Of a stretch of 64,000 bases of DNA, positions 51,751-62,948 are shown in pieces (within the stretch, counting starts at the first letter, position 1; the number at the start of each line of letters is the position of its first letter). A program made the translations under genes and the position numbers. This DNA comes from Octopus bimaculoides. Its lineage: Eukaryota. The DNA lies in NCBI RefSeq assembly GCF_001194135.2, contig NC_068992.1, positions 57,831,789 to 57,895,788 on the forward strand, in the 5' to 3' direction. The notes below the pieces were generated by a model, which worked only from the letters and a program-made list of their open reading frames with translations, did not search any database and was not told the origin of the DNA.

Positions 51751-53745
51751 ATTATTATTATTATTATCTAACGTGAATAGATAATCAAGGGAATAAAGTC
51801 ATGGAAAAGAAAAAAAAAACGAGAAGACATCGTAGTATTTCATTTAAATATTAGAAATAATAGTTAAATTACTTTGACAAATGTAATTTTGAGTTGTCTA
51901 TTACTTGACAGTTACACGATGATAAAGGTTAAATTAGAAGGCAACATATATGCATTCTACACACACATATGCACATACATTTATATTTACTTATATACAC
52001 ATACATTATACGCACACACATACACACGTACATACACTTAGATAGGCATTATACATGTGTATATATATTTTAAAAAAACAACATTTTATTCAGTGTCCAA
52101 AAATACAAAAATAATGAAATTTTAAATATACAACTCCACCCTCGAACATTATAAATCTTTTTGGGACTTTTTATTTCCTGTGAATTCGAATAGATTAACG
52201 AATATTTGTAATTTGTGAGGAAGTTAATTAGTAAAGCTTATGGTCAGCCGAGTTCAAGTTTGTTTTCATTTCGAATAATGTCTATTTCACTATCGAGAAA
52301 GGCATGAATGTTATACAGTCTCATTCTCCCCTGAATTCCTTACCAATCTAAGAAAAAGAAAACCCCTACTGTTTGTTGTGTAAGAAAATCCAATGAATTG
52401 AGATTTTCCTTTACTCATTCAAGATAACATGCTTAAACATTAAAAAAAAAATGAAAACGAAATGAGGTGACCTTGTCTTGTACTGATCTTATAGTTGATT
52501 TGTTATTCGTTTGTTTTGTGTGTGATTTATTTTGTTGTGTATTTTCATTGTTTTTGTTGTCTGTCTGGTTGTTTTTCTCTTTAATTTTAAACGTTTAGAT
52601 ATTTCCGTTTGATGTTTATGCTTTGAAGCAATTCTAAATTTCATTAAAAAAAAAAGCGAACTATTTTAAAATAGGTAATATCTTATGTAAATCGTTAAAA
52701 ATATAGAATTATAAAGAAGGTGGTGGGTTTTTTTAGCCGTAGGTCATCAGCTTCTGATCAACCAGAACTGTGGTAAAAATAATTCTTGTCATGCCCATCC
52801 CATCGTTTTTAAGAGTATCTAGCAATATGGGATATGTTTGCCCACGCTCCTCCGTCTCTTTTCTAAAACGTTAGGGTGTGGTTTGAGGTAAATTTGGCTG
52901 CTATTTCTAACATGTCGATCGACCACTGGAAAGCATCATCGCCTCTGAAATGGCCTGATGTCGATATTGCTATCATTTAATCCCAGGCAAACCCTGATTG
53001 AGCAGACCTATGATCTAAGCAAATTCCAGTCACGACTATCTCGTCTTTTTGTTTACCTGGGATTACACTACGTAATGTATAGTATCGCTCTTGTAGAGTT
53101 TTGATTAAAGAGAGATTTTATTGTTATATCTAGCGGGTTGAGCAACCACCAGTAGTATTCCTTGTTGAGATCGTCTACATCATTGTTACAAAATAATCAA
53201 GCCAGCCATCTTACAGTTCTTAAATGTATTCCAACTTCTAAACGATCGATTCTTTCAAATACAGGGATATTGAGCTACATCTTTAGCTTCCACGTCTCCC
53301 TCCTGTATAAGACGAATGCAACAAGTAGCCCAAGAAGTGTTTAATTAACGACTGCTGCTTTAAACTACATAATAAAAGAAGTTCAATTATGTAATGAATT
53401 CAGATTAAAATGGAACTGCAACATATATAATAGCAACAGGTATTTTAAAATACTATAAGACTTGAAATACTCTAAGACAATCACATGTAAAGGGTTCCTA
53501 AGGTGCAATCTTTGGGAAGAACATCTTTGAAAACTGTTTTCTGTATTATACACTTGTCGTATCTTCTACCTTAACGTTAGTTATCTCTTATTTTTATCTT
53601 TCTGTCTACCTTGAGAGTTTTCTATTAATTTTATCGTTAAATCAAGAAGTAAACAATCTTAACAATGAAGCTAATTTGAAGATATGATTTATCTCTAATA
53701 TTATTAATGCACTTTGGCACTTTGACTACATTGATGTAACTTTAT

Positions 53746-54068
53746 GGTGAAGGTGCGTGGCTTAGTGGTTAGGGCATTCGGCTCACCATTGTAAGGTCGT
53801 GAGTTCAATTCCCGGCGACGCGTTGTGTCCTTGAGCAAGACACTTTATTTCACGTTGCTCCAGTCCACTCAGCTGGCAAAAATGAGTTGTACCTGTATTT
53901 CATAGAGCCGGCTTTGTTACACTGTGTGTCACGCTGAATCTCCTTGAGAACTACGTTAGGGGTACATGTGTCTGTGGATTACTCAGTCACTTGCACGTTC
54001 ATTTCATGAGCAAGCAGTTCCGTTGATCGTATCAGCTGGGACCTTCGTCGTCGTAACCGACGGAGTGC
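53746..54068 (+). mobile_element. SINE with C head + gamma tail
   Basis: ggtgaaggtgcgtggcttagtggttagggc...gagcaagacactttatttcacgttgctcc...gtcgtcgtaaccgacggagtgc. Confidence 0.9.
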
Positions 54069-54125
54069 TTCTATACCTTTTATGAAGTGTTCATATGTTA
54101 TATTACATTCGCTGCTCACCAAGCT

Positions 54126-54410
54126 ATGGCTCAGTGGTTAGAGCATCGGGTTACGATCGTGAGGCTGTGTGTTCAATTCTTGAACTGGGCTATGTTGTGT
54201 TCTTGAGCAAGGCACTTTATTTCACGTTGCTCCAGTTCACTCAATGTCACTGTTGCGAAGCTGTATCATCGTTTGCCTTTCCCTTAGACAACATTGGTGG
54301 TGTGGAGAGGGGCGACTGCTGGTCTTCCACAAATAACCTTGTCCAGACTTATACCTCAGAGGGGAACTTTCTAGGTGCAGTGTCATGGACATACATGACT
54401 GAAAGGGGTC
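54126..54410 (+). mobile_element. SINE with C head + delta tail
   Basis: atggctcagtggttagagc...gagcaaggcactttatttcacg...ctttctaggtgcag...gaaaggggtc. Confidence 0.88.
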
Positions 54411-54605
54411 TTTATATATATATATATGTGTTGTATGTTTATTTCCCTCCTATCTATCGAAGGAGGCACAAGCACTTTGACACACACATACATACATACA
54501 TGACAGAACTTCCACTTGACCGAATTCACTCACAAGGTTTTGGTTGGCTTGAGGCTATAGTAAAAGACACTTGCTCAAGGTGCTGTACAGTCATGGCTGT
54601 CAAAC

Positions 54606-54980
54606 AATTTCTGTGACCACATCACTCCTAACATCTGGCCACCTAACTTCTCAGTGCAACTCCCTTGACTATTATGTGTGGGGCGCAGTTGAGCGAGAGA
54701 CCAACAAAACCCCTTGTAACACCAAAGATGAAGTGAAGGCAAGGATTATAGCAGCATTCCCCAACATAAGCAAGGAGACTGTCAAGAAGAGTTACAGGAG
54801 ATTTTGAAGTTGTCTGGGGGCCGTGGTTGAAGCCAATGGCGATTTTATTGAATAAATTTACTCTTTAGTATTTCAAGATATTTTAAAGTAATTTTGATAA
54901 ATAAATCTGTTAAAATGAGACGTCATTGTTATTTTCATTTTTGCGTAATTTAAATGACAATTTATTCACCCCACCCTGTA
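54606..54980 (+). mobile_element. 3' fragment of a Tc1/mariner (DD37D/maT-like) transposon
   Basis: NFCDHITPNIWPPN / CNSLDYYVWGAVERETNKTPCNTKDE...AVVEANGDFIE* with a frameshift and an internal stop; right TIR ...caccccaccctgta. Confidence 0.85.
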
Positions 54981-55149
54981 TGTATATATGCAGCACGGAA
55001 TTTTGTCAGTGAACAGGTTGCGGTTTCAAAGTGACGAAAATATTTCTACAAATTAAATTTAAATGTCGAAATGAATCTAATGGTTTTTGTGTGTTTTTAA
55101 ATGGCTTATAAACACCTTGCATACTGCAATTGTTTATATATATATATAT

Positions 55150-55741
55150 CATCATCATCATCGTTGTTTAACGTCCGCTTTCTATGCTAGCATGGGTTGG
55201 ACGATTTGACTGAGGACTGGTGAAACCAGATGGCTACACCAGGCTCCAATCTGATTTGGCAGAGTTTCTACAGCTGGATGCCCTTCCTAATGCCAACCAC
55301 TCAGAGAGTGTAGTGGGTGCTTTTCACGTGTCACAGGCACGAAGGCCAGTCAGGCAGTACTGGCAACGGCCACGCTCAAAATGGTGTATTTTATGTGCCA
55401 CCCGCACAAGAGCCAGTCCAGGGGCACTGGCAACAATCTCGCTCAAAAGTCCTTACACATGCCGCGGGTACAAGTGCCAGAAAGGCGACGCTGGGCACAG
55501 GTGCCATCACAATTTCGCTTTCGCTTGCCCCAATAAGTCTTCGCAAGCTGAATTTCGTGTCCAATGAGGGAGACGACATTGGCATGGGTGCCAGTCGTCA
55601 AATTTAGTTTGATTTCACTTGCCTCAACAGGTCTTCGCAAGTGGAGTTTAGTGTCCAATGAAGGAAGGAAGGTACGCATAAGTGGACTGGCTGAGGCCTT
55701 AGATTTAGGTCTCACTTGGCTTGCCGGGTCTTCTCACGCAC
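55150..55741 (-). mobile_element. Family E retroposon with RTE-type (GAT)n 3' tail
   Basis: catcatc...gtttaacgtccgctttctatgctagcatggg...ggatgcccttcctaatgccaacc is the reverse complement of an RTE-like 3' end. Confidence 0.85.
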
Positions 55742-55985
55742 AGTGTGTGGCACCTTGGGCAAGTGTCTTCTATAGTTCTAGGCTGACCAAAGCCTAATGA
55801 GTGAATTTGGTCAACAGAAACTGAAAGATGTTCGTCTATAATGTGTGTATTTATGTGTGCCCTTGTCCTGATGCCATGGGTTTTAAACGAATGTCCCTAG
55901 AAAAATCTGCCTCACCTAACTTTGTCTGATCCATGCAAAAATGAAAACAACTGGTCATTGAACGATGATGTTGATGATGATGATG
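55741..55985 (+). mobile_element. Family A body joined to an RTE-type beta tail
   Basis: gtggcaccttgggcaagtgtc...gaaactgaaag...aaaaatctgcctc...gatccatgc...aacgatgatgttgatgatg. Confidence 0.7.
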
Positions 55986-55989
55986 AATT

Positions 55990-56302
55990 GACCCCAGTAT
56001 TTTTTTTTAAGCTTGGTACTTATTCTATTGGTCACTTTAGCTGAACCGCTAAGTGATAGGGACATAAACACACCAACACTGGATATCAAGTGTTAGTAGG
56101 GGATAAACACAGACAAAAATACACACACACATATATATATGATGAGCTTCTTTCAGTTTCTGTCTACTAAATCCACTCACAAGGCTTTGACCAGCACGAG
56201 GCTGTTGTAGAAGACTCTCATTGAAGATGCCACACAGTGGGACTGAACCCTGAGCCATGTGATTTGGAAGTAAGCTTCTAATCACACAGCCACACCTGTG
56301 CC
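55990..56302 (-). mobile_element. Family A SINE
   Basis: gaccccagta...gaaccgctaag...cttctttcagtttctgtctactaaatccactcacaagg...acacagccacacctg. Confidence 0.88.
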
Positions 56303-56329
56303 TATATATATATATATATATATATATAT

Positions 56330-56751
56330 GGCCGTTGCCAGTACCGCCTGACTGGCCTTCGTAGGATTTTCGAGCGAGATCGTTGCCAGTGCCCCTGGAC
56401 TGGCTCTTGTGTGGGTGGCACATAAAATACACCATTTTGAGCGTGGCCGTTGCCAGTACCGCCTGACTGGCCTTCGTGCAGGTGACACGTTAAAGTACCC
56501 ACTACCACTACACTCTCTGAGTGGTTGGCGTTAGGAAGGGCATCCAGCTGTAGAAACTCTGCCAAATCAGATTGGAGGCTGGTGTAGCTATCCGGTTTCA
56601 CCAGTCCTCAGNNNNNNNNNNNNNNNNNNNNNNNNNNNNNNNNNNNNNNNNNNNNNNNNNNNNNNNNNNNNNNNNNNNNNNNNNNNNNNNNNNNNNNNNN
56701 NNNNNNNNNNCATGCTAGCATGGAAAGTGGACGTTAAACGATGATGATGAT
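56330..56751 (+). mobile_element. Family E retroposon, inverted relative to 55150-55741
   Basis: ggttggcgttaggaagggcatccagctgtagaaac...catggaaagtggacgttaaacgatgatgatga; contains a 99-N gap. Confidence 0.88.
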
Positions 56752-57624
56752 ACACTCACACACACACACACATGCACGCATTCACTCACACACATACACA
56801 CACACACATACATACATATATACATACAAATTCTATTCTACTATTTTCTTCTCTTCTCTTATTCTATTTCCGTGATAAAATTTCTCCCAGGTGTAACTCA
56901 TTACAATTCGTATTGGTCTAACAGCTCTTAATGTTTGTCTTTGTTGATTGGTTTACTCTGTATGTCCACTCTGTCGTTGTCTGTTTGTTCAAAGCTCTAA
57001 GTCTCCATGAATTTTATATTTCCAAAATTTCTGGATGCTGCTGTCTTATGAAGTTCCCTATATTGTCGTTAAAAGCATGAAAGAGGAGTAATGAACAGTC
57101 CAAAAAACTGATGAGGAGTTATCTTCTTTTAGTATTTTTTCCTGTACTTTTCTCTCGAGTGTTTACGTATTTTTCATTCGGTGATGATGTCCTGTACTTA
57201 TTGTGTACTTATTTTATGGGATGGGCTAGTCAATTAAATTGACCCCAGTGTCCAACTGGTACTTATTTGATCAACCTCAAAGGACGAAAGGCAAAGTCAA
57301 CCTCAGCAGGACTTGATCTCAGAACATAAAATGATGGAACAGTGTTTTGTTGTTTTCTTAATACAGGTATATAATGTTTCTGGGAATGATGGCATTAGAA
57401 AGTTTGTCAGACTCCAATATATTTTCCTGATCTAGCTAAAAAAAAAAAAAAACAATGATAAAAAAATGAAAATGATGTTAAGGAAGGTTATAATCCAAGA
57501 ACCTTTACTGTAGTTGAGCATCAAGTTAACCAGCCTTGAAATTGTTTTTTTTTAATCTTTTTATTATTTACAGTATTATTTCTTTTAGTCTGTTTAATTA
57601 TTTCTTTCTCCTTGCACTTTATAG

Positions 57625-57664
57625 ATATTGTCCGTTTTACTGGCATGGCAGTCGGAATATCAAG
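57625..57664 (+). CDS. SLC25A46: SLC25A46 coding exon 2 (DIVRFTGMAVGISS)
   Basis: tttatag acceptor, AAG|gtaaag donor, 40 nt. Matches the vertebrate LNRFAGFGIGLAS segment as recalled. Confidence 0.92.
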
Positions 57665-57774
57665 GTAAAGTAATAAATTCATGTCCTTTCTTGTACTTCA
57701 TCTTATTATTATTATTATTATTGTTGTTGTTGTTGTTATGCGATAGAAGGTAGATTGTATTGTTTATCTGCATG

Positions 57775-57929
57775 CATGGTAAAGAAATTCGTTTTGTAAT
57801 CACATGAGTTCAGGTTTAGTTCCACTGCACACCACCTTGGGCAAGTACCTTCTATTATAGCCTTTGACCAATCAAAGTCCTTGTAAGTGAACTTGATGGA
57901 CAAAAACTGAAAAGAAGCTTGTCATATAA

Positions 57930-57964
<35 letters not shown>

Positions 57965-58610
57965 TATATGTGTGTGTGTGTGTGTATGTTTCCTCTTGTC
58001 TTGACATCATCTGCTAATTATAAGCTACATACAAGCAATATCGTGGAGGCGCAATGGCCCAGTGGTTAGGGCAGCGGATTCGCGGTCATAGGATCGCGGT
58101 TTCGATTCCCAGACTGGGCGTTGTGAGTGTTTACTGACCGAAAACACCTAAAGCTCCACGAGGCTCCGGCAGGGGATGGTGGCGAACCCTGCTGTACTCT
58201 TTCACCACAATTTTCTCTCTCTCTTACTTCCTGTTTCTGTTGTGCCTGTAATTCAAAGGGTCAGCCTTGTCACACTGTGTCATGCTGAATATCCCCGAGA
58301 ACTACGTTAAGGGTACACGTGTCTGTGGAGTGCTCAGCCACTTGCACGTTAATTTCACGAGCAGGCTGTTCCGTTGATTGGATCAGCTGGAACCCTCGGC
58401 GCCGTAAGCGACGGAGTGCCAACAACAAGCAATATCATTTTTTACAATCTTTCTTGAACCCGTGTGAAGACTAAGGGAAAATATTACCTTATTTGGCAAC
58501 AGGTGAGCATTGGCCACAGGAAAAGCATCTGGCTGTAAAAAGTCTGCTCTAACAAGTCTTGTCTGACTCATCTAAACTTGGAAAAGTAGGTGTTAAGACA
58601 ATGAAGATGG
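57775..58610 (+). mobile_element. A head + RTE-type beta tail SINE, interrupted by the family D SINE
   Basis: Degenerate A head, (TA)/(TG) tract, cttgtcttgacatc | ...gggaaaatattaccttatttggcaacaggtgagcattggccacaggaaaagcatc...gtgttaagacaatgaagatg. Confidence 0.7.
58045..58424 (+). mobile_element. SINE with D head + gamma tail, full length with TSD
   Basis: ggaggcgcaatggcccagtggttagggc...ggtttcgattccc...acggagtgccaaca; 14-bp TSD acaagcaatatc(g/a)t at 58031-58044 and 58425-58438. Confidence 0.93.
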
Positions 58611-58758
58611 AGGTAGTGGCTGCAGTGATGTCGATGATGAAGTACAGTTCTCTTGAGTGATCTGTTGAGTTATAAACGAGCATCATCATCATCGTACAAC
58701 AAGGTGTTGCTCTTTCTTAGTCTTCTTTGAAAAATGTGCCCAGCCAAGGGAAAATATT

Positions 58759-59076
58759 GCACCTTGGGCAAGTGCCTTCTACTATAGCCTCAGACCGACC
58801 GAAACCTTGTGAGTGGATTTGGTAGACGGAAACTAAAAGAAGCCCGTCGTATATATGTATATGTGTTTGTGTGTCTGTGTTTGTCCTGCCACCATCGCTT
58901 GACAACCGATGCTGGTGTGTTTACGTCCCTGTAACTTAGCGGTTCGGCAAAAAGAGACCGGTAGAATAAGTACTAGGCTTACAAAGAATAAGTTCTAGGG
59001 GTCGATTTTCTCGACTAGAGGCGGTGCTCCAGCATGGCCGCAGTCGAATGACTGAAACAAGTGAAAGAGAAAAGAG
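58759..59076 (+). mobile_element. Family A SINE, 5'-truncated, little diverged
   Basis: gcaccttgggcaagtgcc...ccagcatggccgcagtcgaatgactgaaacaagtgaaagagaaaagag. Confidence 0.9.
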
Positions 59077-59233
59077 TATACAAGTATAAAATACATTTAT
59101 ATATATATATATATATATATACTGTATTTTATACTTATTTCCTTTTAATACTCTTCTTTTTACTTAATTAGTATTGCAAATATCACTCAAGTCTTATCTA
59201 AAAATGAAATATTTATTATCTATTTCTTTGCAG

Positions 59234-59291
59234 CCTATTTGCTGAGAAGCTCCTTTCACATCCCTGCATTGTGCTGCGTCGACAGTGCCAG
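59234..59291 (+). CDS. SLC25A46: SLC25A46 coding exon 3 (SLFAEKLLSHPCIVLRRQCQ)
   Basis: ctttgcag acceptor, CAG|gtaagt donor, 58 nt. HPCIVLRRQCQ is diagnostic of SLC25A46. Confidence 0.97.
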
Positions 59292-59758
59292 GTAAGTGTA
59301 TTACCATTTTGTACTCACTCTCAGAAATGTGTTGTGATTTTTTTTTTGTTTTCTTTTTGTGATATTATAAATTACTTTGTTTTGATACAAGTTATGAGAA
59401 ATAACATTGAAATATGTTTACAATGAAAATAGGAATTAAACAATACTGCTTGTGTGATGGTGTCACTTGTTTACAACTACACATGAAATGTCAAAACAAA
59501 GACACACACACACACACATGATGAGCTTTTCTCAGTTTGTCTACCAAAAAGCACTCACAAAACTTGTGTTGGCTTGTGCCTATAGTGGAAAACCTTCAAG
59601 GTTGCAAGCAAGCAGGACTGAACCTGAAACCTTGTGTATGGGAGATAAACTACTTAACTGTTTAGCTATGCTTCAACTTATCTATTATTCCTCATTCAAA
59701 TTTGCTTTCTCCAGTGCTGGTATTTAATGTTCTTTCTGTTACAATTTCTGTCTTTCAG

Positions 59759-59836
59759 GTCCACTATAATGCAAAATCTTACCATTTAACTCCTTTCACC
59801 CTATTCCAAATAATTGTAAACCTGCAACAGAAACAG
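59759..59836 (+). CDS. SLC25A46: SLC25A46 coding exon 4 (VHYNAKSYHLTPFTLFQIIVNLQQKQ)
   Basis: ctttcag acceptor, CAG|gtaagt donor, 78 nt. YHLTPFT motif. Confidence 0.97.
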
Positions 59837-60230
59837 GTAAGTGTTTTCTTTCTTCTTTTTCCATCTTTGGCTCTGACTTTCATCACAATCACTTTCATAG
59901 CAGCTGTTGCTTTTGTCATTGTTATAAGATGATTCCCATGCATTCCCTGAAGAGAAGGTTACAATTTTAACATCACAGATCCCTATGGATCACACAGGTT
60001 GTAATCCTTTGAAACATATGTAGGAATAAAATATGCAATTATAACATGCGTTTTCTCCATTCCTTAAATTTTTAAATATACTCAAATACCCAAAATTTCA
60101 AGGAGTTCCTGCATTAAAAACAGGAACTACACCACAGTTATTTTGTGTTCTTTGCTACATTGGTTTCTATTAACCCATTTATTCTATCCGAAGAATTTTT
60201 ATTCATTAAGATAGAAGAAATACATATAAT

Positions 60231-60261
<31 letters not shown>

Positions 60262-60324
60262 TATATTTATGTATAAAGTAACCACTCACATGTACAGATT
60301 TAAAAAAAAAAAATTTTATTGCAG

Positions 60325-60425
60325 GGCTCTTCTGCTCTTTGGAAAGGTGTAGGCAGTATGTTTGTGGTGAAAGGATTACTGCTAGGGACAGAAACCATTA
60401 TTGATGAAACTACATGGCTCCCAAA
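60325..60425 (+). CDS. SLC25A46: SLC25A46 coding exon 5 ([34 protein letters not shown])
   Basis: ttgcag acceptor, AA|gtaagt donor, 101 nt. ALWKG.GS carrier motif. Not recovered by the ORF track. Confidence 0.96.
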
Positions 60426-60553
60426 GTAAGTTCCATTTCTGCGTGAACATTCAAACTGTATTTTGTTATTTCTTATTATATCACTTACAGTATACACGAT
60501 GACTTGGGACGAGCTTACCAAATTGTTTGAAATGTTTGGTCATCTCTTTTCAG

Positions 60554-60610
60554 GGAAATCTCGGCTCACAGTTCTTTAAAGAAATACGTTGAACATTTGC
60601 TTCTGAAAGG
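60554..60610 (+). CDS. SLC25A46: SLC25A46 coding exon 6 (EISAHSSLKKYVEHLLLKG)
   Basis: cttttcag acceptor, GG|gtaagc donor, 57 nt. EHLLLK motif. Confidence 0.95.
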
Positions 60611-61306
60611 GTAAGCAAGCACAACCTTGAAATGTATTCTATCTGTTGATATTTGGAATATTTTTTTAATCCTCTCTCTCTCTCTTTCATACACACACAC
60701 ACACATACAATCATCATCATCATCATCATCGTTTTATGTTTACTTTCCGTGCTGGAATAGATTAGACAGGTTGTCATGGCTTGTGTCGTTTCTTAATTGG
60801 AGTTACTCTCTTCCTGGCATTGTAGGATCACATCTCACTTTTACTTTGCACATTTGTTTTTTTATTTTTATAGCCAGAAGCCCTTTCTTTTGCAAACTAC
60901 TTAATAGATTGTACTGAATACATTTTATTGTGGCACCAGCACTAAGAAGGTTGTCATGTTCTTGACAACATTCAAGGGTCCTTTTAACCTTTCACTGTCT
61001 CCAATCATTAAGTGACTACTTTACAGTATGCAATGGGTACATTTTATCAGGTACCAGCCAAAGAATCCTTACTACTCTTTCATGAAAACAGACAGGACTC
61101 TACTCCTTTCAAAATAAATGGACTCATTCGATATGTAGAAATGGTGTAGGTAGAAATTCCATGTGGTGTAGCTAGTGCAAATTAATGTGAAACATGTTTA
61201 TATAGACCAAATTAAATGCAGCATGTTATATGTTGTGTGGTAGATTTTAAAATCGGTATGTGTGGTTGATAAATTTATATTTTTCTTTACCATTTTTCTT
61301 TTTCAG

Positions 61307-61364
61307 AATTTCATTTGCAGTCAACACACCTTTTTATGCTGCAGTTCTTATTGAAACTGTCCAG
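61307..61364 (+). CDS. SLC25A46: SLC25A46 coding exon 7 (ISFAVNTPFYAAVLIETVQ)
   Basis: tttttcag acceptor, CAG|gtaaaa donor, 58 nt. PFY..LIETVQ motif. Confidence 0.96.
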
Positions 61365-61627
61365 GTAAAAATATAGTGTTACTTTGATCCTGTTACATAT
61401 TAAATAATAAAAATCCTTTATTATCTGATACCTGTCAGTTTGATTCGGATATAACACTGTTGGAATAGTTTAGCACTTATATTTCCATGGTTCAGATTAC
61501 ACTATAACTAACTTAGCTTTCTTCTCCATACGATTGTGAGGCCAACAGCTTAACTACTAAGACATGCGCCTCTAATCTATATAAAGATTATCAGCAATTA
61601 AAGTGTATTTTTCTCTCGTTCTTTCAG

Positions 61628-61840
61628 AGTGATATTGGTGGAGACAAACCAGGTTTATTTGATTGTGTCAAAGAAGGTGTTACACGAGTTGTTGGCATTG
61701 GCATGCCACAGACAACTCGGTTATTACCAATCTACAAACTGATGTTACCAACGGCTACGTATTGGCTTTTGGACTATATCACCACCTCTATTGCTCAATA
61801 CACAGTTATGTCTGCAGTGCGATCTGAGCAGCAAGATCAG
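61628..61840 (+). CDS. SLC25A46: SLC25A46 coding exon 8 (SDIGGDKPGLFDCVKEG...RLLPIYKLMLPT...SEQQDQ)
   Basis: ctttcag acceptor, CAG|gtaaat donor, 213 nt, phase 0/0. CVKEG and RLLP motifs. Confidence 0.96.
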
Positions 61841-61935
61841 GTAAATAGATTTGTATCTTCGTTTGTTGATTTAATGTTGATTATTTTCCCATACGCCCTT
61901 GGCTTAGATGGGAATTGATCTTGAGGCATATCATT

Positions 61936-62110
61936 ATTGTTTCAACGTCTACTTTCCATGCTTGAATGGATCAGATGGAATTTGACAAGGCACATTATCT
62001 ACAGTCCGAAGCCCTTCCTTTTGCCAACCCTCACCTGTTTCCAAGCAAGGCTATATTTCTCCATGGCCAGACATGTTTTTCACAGAATATTGGCAATGAA
62101 GGGCATCACC
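61936..62110 (-). mobile_element. RTE-type beta tail fragment (family F)
   Basis: tttcaacgtctactttccatgc...gcccttccttttgccaaccctcacctgtttccaagcaagg; similar copy at 4058-4180. Confidence 0.75.
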
Positions 62111-62460
62111 TGTGTGATAGTAATGGTTGTGGAATTGCTTGAGCTAAAGTCTCTTTTCTTAGAGATTTTATCTCTGACAATTCTACAGCATCATGGCTTC
62201 TAAAAATGTATATATATTTAGCATGATATACAAATGGCAATTCTAATTTAATGCTTTTTTCAGTTGCATACATCAAGTTTTTCTACAGTCTGGTAAGCTT
62301 CTGCAATACCAGTGAATGCTTTATTTACTTCTTCCTGAATATCAAGACATAAATTTTGTTTAAGCAGGTAGCAATCAATGGCAAAACGAGTCTCATATTC
62401 ATATCCTTTGTAGCAATAATGTTTCTCCTGCTCTGATATACATATATATATATATATAAC

Positions 62461-62948
62461 ATCATCATCATTTAACATCTGCTTTCATGCTGGTATGGGT
62501 TGGATAGTTTGACAGGAACTGGCTAGGCAGAAGACTGCACCATGCTTCACTGTCTGTTTTGACATGGTTTTTACGGCTGGATACCCTTCTTAACACCAAC
62601 CACTAATTGGTGTTAAAGAGGGTGTTGAGCTTGACATAGCCCTGCAACTTACTGGTTCCCTGTTAAACTGTCCTGTCCATGCCAGCATGGAAAGAACATG
62701 TTAAATGATGATGATGATCATCATCATCCGCTTTCCATGCTAGCATGGGTTGGACAATTTGACTGAGGACTGTTGAAACCAGATGGCTGCACCAGGCTCC
62801 AATCTGATCTGGCAGAGTTTCTACAGCAGGATGTCCTTCCTAATGCCAACCACTCTGAGAGTGTAGTGGGTGCTTTTACGTGACACCGGCACGAGGGACA
62901 GTCAGGCGGTACTGGCAACATCCATGCTCAAATGGTGTTTTTTACGTG
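62461..62948. mobile_element. Three RTE-tail retroposon fragments in -,+,- orientation
   Basis: 62461-62605 minus, 62606-62717 plus, 62718-62948 minus (family E); (GAT)n and (CAT)n tails meet at about 62717. Confidence 0.85.

Noticed and set aside
53746-58120. tRNA-like A-box/B-box sequences as tRNA genes
   Set aside because: They continue into SINE bodies and tails and lack a complete cloverleaf; SINE heads.
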